A stretch of 64,000 nt of DNA, taken from the NCBI GenBank assembly GCA_038496445.1, contig JALMLS010000368.1, positions 196,943 to 260,942 on the forward strand, written 5' to 3'. Position numbers and translations under genes: made by a program. The notes beneath the pieces are model-generated. The model did not search any database. It saw only the letters and a list, made by a program, of their open reading frames with translations, and had not been told where the DNA came from. This document shows positions 53,246-64,000 of the stretch, piece after piece. This stretch comes from Trichosphaerium sp. ATCC 40318 (taxonomy: Eukaryota; Protista; Tubulinea). How positions within the stretch are numbered: the first letter of the stretch is position 1; each line of letters starts with the position of its first letter.

Positions 53246-55558
53246 ATGAGGCGATTGGTTTGCGTTTTATTATGTTTTGTTATTTATCACGTGATGTCAG
53301 CTGATCCAACTTGGTGTGGTAAACACTATCAAGCGCCAGGTCCGTATGTACCGTTTCCTAGACCGTTGGATGACAAGGCGATGATTGTTACGCCTGGTAA
53401 GTCCGATGAATCGTTTTAAACCGTAAAATCTGATTCACGTGTTCTAAAGGGTTACTACCGTACGACAGAGAAACTGAGGGTCATATTGTCGCTACTATTA
53501 AAGAAGATTTACCTAACTTTCCTTACACTTTTCGTGGCGTTATAGAAGGTCAAGCAGGTGAAGTTCTGGTCGAGGTTAGTTTTTTGCCGTATCTTATTTT
53601 TTCCTTTTTGGTTTGTCTTACTCTGGATAGACTCAAGTGAAAGCAGGCGGGAAGTTGTTTATACCATTCGACCTGAACAAGCTGCCTATAAGCACAAAAA
53701 AAACTGATGTATCTTGTCAGCTGATTGAGAGTGATAGCATGACACCAATAGCAACAGAAACTGTACATTTATATCGTGTTCCGCATCGAGAGGAGACTGC
53801 CAAAGTAGACTACATGACTCACGGATACCTAGGTACGTTTTTCATCAACTCAATTTAAAATGTCAACACAAACAACCCACGTGATAACGTTTTTTTTTGA
53901 AAGTTAATGATGAACCTTTCTTTCCTGTTGGCTATTTCTATTCTTGGGATAACTACCTTTCAAAGAATATAACAATACTTGATCAGATGAAGCTAGATGG
54001 ATTTAATGTCTTTCAAGCAAGGCCTTCGCTCTTAGTAAGTACCCAATATAATCAAATATACACGTATAAACTGTATGTTCATTCTTTTATCTAGCCTGAG
54101 AGCTTATGGGAACAGTTCATGAATAGAGCACATGAGCTTGGTACGAAGAATAAACCATAAAAAAACTTGGTACTGATATTTGTTTAGGAATCAAAGTTCA
54201 TTGGTCTCTTGAACACTACTATAAAGATCTCGATCTAGTTAGGTATCATATCAATAGGTGGAAGGATCATCCTGCTATATTTGCATGGTAATATTACACC
54301 AAAAACCAAGAGGGTTGTTAAGCTTCTGTTTGTTAGGTATACTGCTGACGAACCTGATGGTCCTGGCGTTGCTCCTTCTGTTGTCCTTGAAGCTCAAAAG
54401 CTTATTAAAGAACTAGACCCTTATCACCCAACAACAGTTGTGTTGAATTGCCTAACATCAACACAAGCGTATTGGCACACAACAGACGTTTTAATGGCAG
54501 ATCCTTATCCTATTGTTAGTTGAATGTTTTGAACAAATTCCTCTTGACTTAATCTAGGGCGTTGACATGACTCCTTGTAATCTAACATACGGTGTATGTG
54601 GTTGCGATGATTGCATTGGTGATGTAACAGATGCCCCGCACAGGTACAAAGAATAGAAGAAATATCAACGTACATGTGATATCGTGAATTCATTTTTTGT
54701 ATAAAGAGTGGATATTTATCATGGTGACACGTTTAACACAAAGCCAGTGTGGATGATACCTCAGTCATTTGGTATTACGAGTTATTGTTAATCATGTACA
54801 TAAAGCTAACATTCATCTTTATAGGTACCAGTGAGTGGTGGTCAACTCAACCAGATCCTAGTCAAGGCCGATACATGTCATACTCAATGATCGTTCATGG
54901 CAATGTTAATGGCTTTTTATATTTTATGAAAGGTTCTGCGCCATCTGATGTGAATCCGGCTTTGTACATAGAGACATCTAAAATTGCAAAGGAGGTAAGA
55001 GAGCTCACAAAATATTTGACTCAAAGAAACAACATTTGTATTTGGTGTTTTTTCCGCTTATGTATCTTGTTTCTAGATGCCTGTTGTTTATCCTTTTATA
55101 CTTCTTGGTGAAGATATACCCCTTGATGTTTATCCTAAAGATACAACAGAAGTATGGAAGATACCTTATGTTGATGCTAGGTGCGTTCTTAAAACGATAA
55201 AGGAGCATCAATGCTTTGTTTTATTCTTAAAATTTTCTTGTTTTTAGAGCATGGAAGGTAGGACATGAAGTAATGCTGATTGTAACAAATCCAACTGATA
55301 CGAGATTTCCTTTCAAAATTACACTTCCAATTCAAGTAGAGAACATAAGAGTACGTAAATAGGGAGGGAGTGGTGAAGCCTTCATTGAAAATACTTTGAA
55401 ACTAATAGTTTTGTTTTTTCCAGAGATTGTTCACAACAGAAGATACACAAACAGATTTGGATGATGGTAACGAATTACAAGGAGACTTAATACCACTCGA
55501 TGTACACGTATACTTAATGAATTCTCATGTTAACAATGAGGCAAAGATCTTAAAATAA
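53246..55558 (+). CDS. Secreted glycoside-hydrolase-like protein (copy B)
   Basis: Mirror of 47309-49621. Confidence 0.7.
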
Positions 55559-55899
55559 AACCCAAAAAAATTGTTGGTTTGGTTTTTTGGTGTTATTAAC
55601 TTACACTTTACAATGCTATTTACAGGAGGTGTATGAATGCCAAGCGAACATTTCATGTTTTTCTTACTCAAGGTTAGTATAAGTAGCCGGGTGCCATGGC
55701 GTCATTGTTGTTGAAGAGTGGCAAGTAGCCACAACAGCTAAGCTTGCGTGTTTGAACAATCCTTTATTGCATTTTTGCCATAAATAAGGCACCTTCTAAA
55801 GGGCTTCCCTAATAACATGAATCTCAGTCCTATGAATTCAATTCTTGATAATTCTCCAAACAAACAAATCTTCACAAGAGGGCAAGCACAGGTAATACG

Positions 55900-56766
55900 A
55901 TGGCAACCAACAAACTTCACACATCCGGTCCTCAAGTTAACAAAGAGAAATCACTTGAAGATTTACCACCAGAGACGTTAACCATTATTCTACGCCAATT
56001 AAAAAGAGAACACCTTATTAAGACGTCTACAGTTTCTCACGTGTTTAATAACATCATTCGTTGTAATATTGGCTTTCATCGCCTCTCAATAACACAATCA
56101 GATTTGCCAGCACTCAAAGGCAGCCCGCTTCTGAAAAACACGTATATTGATTGTAGTTATATGGATCTATCACCTGATGAGTTGTGTTGTCTTTCTGGTG
56201 TTAAATCAATAAACCTCGTTCGAACAAATATTACAGACTCAGGTATCCTTACATTACTACAAGGAGGAAAGCACACCATTCACACCATTAACTTGTCACG
56301 ACAGATAACAGATGCATCATTGATCGCACTCAGAGGTGTACACACAATTAATCTTTGTGGTTGTGTGAATATTAGTGAAGAAGGAATAAAGGCACTCAAA
56401 GATGTTCATGATGTTACAATCAGCGATCCAAAAGACTCATGGCTCAAACACCTTAGTAATGTACACACTATTACTATTTATGGCAGGGCTTCACTTGTTG
56501 GACTACCAATAACGGATGATGGAGTTAAATCATTGACCAATGTCAAGAAGTTAAGTTTGAATAGGTGTTGCCTGATAACTGACTTAGGGTTCAAGAACTT
56601 GATAAATCTTGAGCACGTGACAATTTATATTTGTCCTTTACTAACACATGTTTGTTTGACATACTTGACTTCTCTCAAAACACTTAGCCTGGATTTTAGT
56701 ATGAGGAATAATTTTCCAATAGAAGCTATTGAGGCATTAGGCATAAGGTTGCACATTGTTTTCTGA
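55900..56766 (+). CDS. Intronless F-box/LRR protein (copy B)
   Basis: Translation identical to 46101-46967. Confidence 0.85.
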   Translation: MATNKLHTSGPQVNKEKSLEDLPPETLTIILRQLKREHLIKTSTVSHVFNNIIRCNIGFHRLSITQSDLPALKGSPLLKNTYIDCSYMDLSPDELCCLSGVKSINLVRTNITDSGILTLLQGGKHTIHTINLSRQITDASLIALRGVHTINLCGCVNISEEGIKALKDVHDVTISDPKDSWLKHLSNVHTITIYGRASLVGLPITDDGVKSLTNVKKLSLNRCCLITDLGFKNLINLEHVTIYICPLLTHVCLTYLTSLKTLSLDFSMRNNFPIEAIEALGIRLHIVF

Positions 56767-57106
56767 AAAACCCATAGCATTACTACATGGACATATTGGA
56801 TACCTGCGACATACCTCGAGTTGACTAGTCTTTAATGAAAACACAAAGAGAATTAATAAAAGAAAAAGTAGTTTATTAATAGCAAGTTGTAGTGTTCAAT
56901 TATATTATCAACGCCACATGATGATAAAAAAAAATGAGCTGTTTTATGCAAAACACAATGTAATCGTGCTTTCAGCTGTGTTGTAATTTGTTAGAGTGGC
57001 ATTGACACTAAAGTGTACAATCTGTAGAATGGCGTCAATTGAGCCTCAACATTTAGTTTCTATGATGAAGAATGAAGTGATAAAATCACTTTTTTTATTA
57101 TTTATC

Positions 57107-59313
57107 TCAAGCGACTTTAAGGTCCATGACTGCGCCTTTCTTTACGGTATGACTTTTGTCATAAAAAAACAGTTTACCGTTAACAACATCTACTCCCTTA
57201 TGAAGAAGCAATGTTTTGGTGAAAGTATACAACACCAAACCTGTCTTAACACAATGAACATTCACGTTGACAAGTTTACCTCTGTTCGCTGCAATCCCAA
57301 GCCATACTTTGTTTTCAAAGTCAAAGAAATTCACAAAGGAACTAATATGAGGTACTTCAGGTCCTGTTTTGCTTATCCATACTCTTTGCTTTGTTCTTAC
57401 ATTATAAAGCGATACACTCTTATTCTTTTCAGGCGACATTGTAAAGAAATAACCTTTATAAAAAACAATTAGAGGCAGAAGCAAACAAAAAAAAAAAAAA
57501 AAAAAAAAAAAAGAAAAGCAGAGCTTAGTGTAGTACAATTTGTTCAATCCTACTTTTTTCTTCCCCGTCCCACAGAAACACGTTACGTTTTTGCAAGCTA
57601 GGTTATAAAAACAATATTTCAAGGCAAAGGGAGAAAAAACTGAGAATATGAATGATTTGAGCTGTACAGATCAGCTTTTCTTGGAAAAACAAAAAGGCAA
57701 TCTCAGATTTTGTATAAACTTATTGACCATACCTTGTTCTGGGTAGTATACCCGTGTACTAGAGAACCTAGATACTACATTTTCGGTAATAAGATATGAT
57801 TTTCCTGTTTTGAGAAAGTACAATCTTTGACCTGGTGTCTTAAAACTTGAATACCAAATGAAGTCTTCATTTTTAGATCTATAAACTTGTAATTGTGGGT
57901 TGAATCCAACATTTAACAAAACATCACATTTTGAAGGCTGAGAAAATAGGTAAATGGTAAACAATTAGAAATACAATAAGCATACCTCGCTGACAAGCCA
58001 TAACTGGGTTTGCTTTTGATATATCAACCCTTGTGATGTTACACCGATATATTCACAATTATAGTCCAATACTCTATGATCTACTTCAGTAGGTTTGATT
58101 ACAATCGCTCTATAAGTCAACCCGTTAACAGAATAGTCTTGGAAAATAAGGAAAATACTTTTTTTGCTTCTTCAATCCAACAAGTGAATAGTACATAAAC
58201 GACTTGCGAAGATAACTACCAAATTCCTAGTATCCTTGTAAGTATATTAACATAACAAGTTTTATTGTACCAAAATTATGAAATCCTTGTAAACAGCAAT
58301 AGAGCTGACCTGTCCTGTATACTCAAGTGTGTATTTATGCCGAACATTCTTTATTCCAGACATCGTGTACACCTTACACTTGTTGCCTACTAACCGGGTT
58401 GAAGCCACTGTTAGTGTATCATTGTTATCTGTTAAGATAAGTTAATAAATGTCAATAGCTACGAATGTATCGTACGTACAGTCTTGGTAAACAGCCATTA
58501 TATCTCCTTCAAAATACGACGAAATACCAGAGCATTTCAATGTTTTAAGGTCCAAGGAAAACACTGTTCCAGGTTTACGTGAAATAAACCCTAATAAATC
58601 TTCGTGTTTAGACCTCGTTTTTAGCATAACGTTCTCTCCACCAAGAACAGTAGCAAGAGTAGAGGCGTTCTTGAAACGCCTAATATCATCATTAAGAAAA
58701 AAACGAGAAAATCCTAAATAAAAAAAAAACACTTACGCCTCCCATTGTTTTCCAACTGCACGTGATAATGCCAAGCCTCTTGGAGATTGTCTTACCCTTA
58801 TCCCACCTTTATTAGTTTTATACCTCACCTGAATATCTTGAGGCAGTGTCTTCAACCATAGCCTTTCATCCTGAAGGATATTGAACCAAGTCAGGCAAAC
58901 AAGTCTAGTAAACACTTAGTACTGCTGACACTTTGGATAGCTCAATGTCGAAAAGTCAGACAATAGTCTGTATTAGTCCAGTCATACTCGAAGTCTCGCC
59001 ATTTTGACACTGGTAAGAACCCAAGTACTTCAACAATGCACTCAAGAGGTACACAGTAAATATGAGAAGTATCGCCGACTTTAGGCGCTGGAGTTGAGAT
59101 TTCTTGTGTTGTTGCCCGTGTTTGGTGTTTACGCCGTTGGTGGGGTGCTTGATTATCATTTTGAGCATCGTTTGATTCAAACGAAGCGTTTAGCGGTAGT
59201 TTTTGCTTAGTAGTGTACGGATTGACTGTAATACGTGACGTAAGCTCAATGTACAATAATCTATGATCTAAAAACAGCGTACACGGCTCATCTATGCTAA
59301 ATTCCTCCGCCAT
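57107..59313 (-). CDS. F-box protein (copy B)
   Basis: Mirror of 43563-45760 with a few substitutions (e.g. GEKV/GENV). Confidence 0.7.
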
Positions 59314-60288
59314 CAGTGGTAACGTTATGTATTTTTCTTTACAAGTATTAGTGTTGCTCTCAGCACAGTTTTAGACAATTGGGTAAAAAGTTGTGTTCCC
59401 AATTAAGCGAGTGTAGCAAAATGGCTGTACGTGTTTTTCTCCGTTACAGACTTAGTGAGACTCACATAAATCAACTACAAACAGCCTACAACGCTTATAA
59501 AGAACATGGCGAGCAGCAATCACCCACATCCCCCAAAAAATTTCCTTTTCAATTTGTGAAAAATACTGTAAAACTTTTCTTTTATTTTCCAAGTGTTTCT
59601 TGTATAATAGATAACAAATGCTTGGCGCTGCCCTAGAGCCACAAGACATTTTGTCTTCCCCAACATCGTCTAAGTTGAGTTCCTTTGGTTAGTTGATAGA
59701 AGAGAGTAGACTTAGTGTAATAACTCTAATGCGAAAAAAAGGTGAAAACAGCATATTTCACGTACACAAAACGACAACATTTAGTAAATTAAGACTTTAC
59801 TTTTCAAATAGATCTAGATAATACCAAGAGATGGAGGTATGGCAAACTGAAAAAGGCAAGAACTGCAAAAAACAATTTTATGACTTTACCTTGTTGCACG
59901 TGAAAATTACCAAACAATATTGTTGTCGTAGGTCCACCAAGGAGCTTAGAGTCCAAACATGAGTTCATAATTTTAATAAAACTTGTTGCAAAGGCGGTAC
60001 TGACTAATTTTTGAAAAATGTTGTTTCTTAATCGCCTAATTGAATTACAACAACTCAAACGCTGGTACTCGTTGAGCTAAGCCTATAATGTCCGCTGGTG
60101 TGAATAGAGCCCGGCTTTTTAAATAAAAAAAGCAAATTTAGAAATAAGTTTCAACCCCTTACCACGTGATTGTTGGACCCTTTTGAATGCACAAGTGCGT
60201 CATAAAATGTTACCTCAGTATTGAGCTAGATGCTTATTTGGTCAGATTGCTTATTATGACAATAGATATTAAAAGACGAGAAACTTTT

Positions 60289-62217
60289 TTATTTGTTTTC
60301 TATTTCAATAGTGTCTTGGAGTGCTTTAACCTCCTTATTTATTTTTTCCATAGCTTGCTCGCGACGCTCTAGTTCTTCATCTTCTTCTTTTTTTTCTGGT
60401 ACTTGCTCTACAGCATTGTTCAATAGTAAAGATGTGATAACAAGAGAAGAGTCCTTAAGTGTTGACTGAGATCCGGTTTTATGGAGAGATAAGTGTAGAT
60501 ATGTTGAAATGTTGTCTGACAATGTCTGGCCATCCCGATCTACTCTCAAGAGACGTTCCATTGAATACTCTTGGAGGTACCTTTCTACAACACCTTCACC
60601 TTTTAACTTTTCAACTAACAACTTGAAGAAACCGTCAATAAATCAACAACAGAACGCAGATTGTTTTTTAAGTAATGTACCTTATCAGCTTCTCTCATCT
60701 CTACTAACCGCTTGTTAATACGCCTTATTGCTAACTTCTTACTAGGTAAAATCTATATAAAGTAGTAAGAAAATATAAGAGCTTAGCTGCCAAATCAATA
60801 TACCTGCACCAGCCTACAACAGGTGTTAATAAAAAAGAGCGAAATGAAAAAGTTTACGATTGCAAAAAAAAAACCAAAATGACATTAATCCTATACATTG
60901 AACTTGTATTATAACGTACCTCAATGAACGACATATTTTCCTTAGTTGGCTCAAATTAAAAGAATCCAAGCCAATCAAATTGATTATAGAAACACTTTTT
61001 TTAACATCTTCTTCAGTGATAGCATAACCATTTTCGACCTTAAAGAAAACCATTAATAAAATGCCACGTGCTTTCAAAAGATTAAACGCAATCATATGTA
61101 CCTTTTCTAGTATTTCTTGAAACTTTGTCGCTGAAGCAAGGATCACATTCTTAGATGCACGACTACCCAAGAGTGTCTTTAACTTATCCATCTCAAAATC
61201 AGTTAAGTCAGTATCTCTTTCTAACTTTCTTTGAAGAACCAAAAGCGTATCATCCTCGGTGTTATTTGGTGTATTTTTTACTAATATATTAGATATCGCA
61301 CTATGAAGCGTAGGTAATACAGTGGAAGATAGCTTGTGTTTTCTGGAAATATCACGATTTAATATTCTGAACCAAACTTTCCATGACCAAAGAGTTGTCG
61401 GCATACACTCTGGCCATACAAATCTATATGTAAGTATCATAGGTAATGCAGCTATTATTCCTGGTGATAGTTTTGAGAACATAAGTGGGAATAATAGAAA
61501 GAATGGTATGGAGTACTAAACAACATCAGAAAAAATCAAGAATCAACATTGGTTGGTAAATTTTTTCTCTCATTGCGTTTTAGGGTCCTGTGGCCATTTT
61601 GAGCGTACTTTTATATTTAAACTCGATTTACGTATTGTCTGGAATTCAGCAAACTTTAGTTTTTCACCTTTTAAGCGTTTTAGTTGGATTTGGCTTTATG
61701 TCATATTGTTGACACTGTACATCAACAAGCGTACTGACATACCTCGTGAACGCTTTTTTTTAAACTTTCTAGCTCGATAGGCATCTATTGGAATGAGATA
61801 TAAGCCTTTGTAGTAGCGGTGAATTTTGTCTAATATTCTATGTACGGTTATTATGAGCGTATGCGAGTACTGCACCTTTCTTGTTTTAGCCGTTGCTTCT
61901 GTTCTAGAGATAAATACCTACAAACCACTACAGGAGACGTTTTACGTTTCTGTACGCTTTTAATTGCAATATTATTGCGGTTGTACGCATAATTGCTGCG
62001 CCGAACGCCAACTACACAAATATTAATTATAACACGCTTAGAACGTTTCTAAACAATGATTACCCCTAGCAAGCATGCAAGAATGAGCTTTAAACGCAAA
62101 TTACAATTGTCTAAACTCGTGTACCATTCTTGACTCAAAATACTCCAAGATTTGATCCATTTTTCTTTTGACAGAAATTGAAATAGAGCACGTGACCTTA
62201 AAGGTGCAGCATTGCAT
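60289..62217 (-). CDS. LETM1-like protein (copy B)
   Basis: Mirror of 40676-42605. Confidence 0.6.
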
Positions 62218-62646
62218 GTCAATTGTGTAATGAAAGTAACTATACAATCGGGACAATAGGCATACAAACTATGGAATTTGAAGAATCGGAGTGAGGAACT
62301 TTGTTTTGCAAAAACCCTTTTGACCACTTTGGGGTTTACAGGTCAATGTTATAACGTACTGGTGCTTCTTACCAAAACTTATAATCGTGATAATGTTACC
62401 AATTATTTCAAGTTGTCTAATTTGACTTTAATTTCACACATGTATTTCGAAAATTTAGGGCCTGGTGTGTTTCTGGTATTTCTTTAGTACCAAACAAGAG
62501 TGACAGAGTTCATCCTGTATGATAATAAGTCAATGGTGTGAATAGAGAGAACCAACAAGTTTTACGACAAAAAAAGTCTGAGAAACAAACACAAAAACCA
62601 TGGTCACGAAAATAGTCAACTTTGACGAAATGTTATTCTTATTTTA

Positions 62647-64000
<1,354 letters not shown>

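Overview
This is AT-rich, compact eukaryotic DNA with many short (~45-60 nt) spliceosomal introns. It is probably from an amoeboid protist, inferred from the 5S rRNA sequence and gene families. Positions 1-50 kb hold about 19 genes: a SAM methyltransferase, RanBP1, a myristoylated EF-hand protein, a sarcosine-oxidase-family flavoenzyme, V-ATPase c, an AF4/FMR2-like protein, F-box proteins, a large EGF-like surface protein, XAP5/FAM50, a Trp/GG/YP-repeat protein, a 2H+EEP+poly(A)-polymerase+MJ1316 fusion head-to-head with a Zn-finger TUTase, eIF4G, RNF5-like E3, a bacterial-type IMPDH, a LETM1-like protein and a secreted glycoside-hydrolase-like protein. Four observations stand out. (1) The eIF4G gene carries a 5S rRNA gene and two identical tRNA-Trp(CCA) genes in three of its introns, all on the sense strand. 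(2) The RNA end-healing fusion appears to have a catalytically dead polymerase domain and sits about 200 bp from a divergent, intact TUTase. (3) Positions 38879-50282 are repeated in inverted orientation at 52583-64000, around a spacer built from microhomology-joined copies; this may be an amplification or assembly chimera of two haplotypes. (4) GC-AG introns recur and CACGTG is in strong excess. Gene models were spliced by eye, so exact boundaries are approximate and family calls rest on recalled motifs, not database searches.
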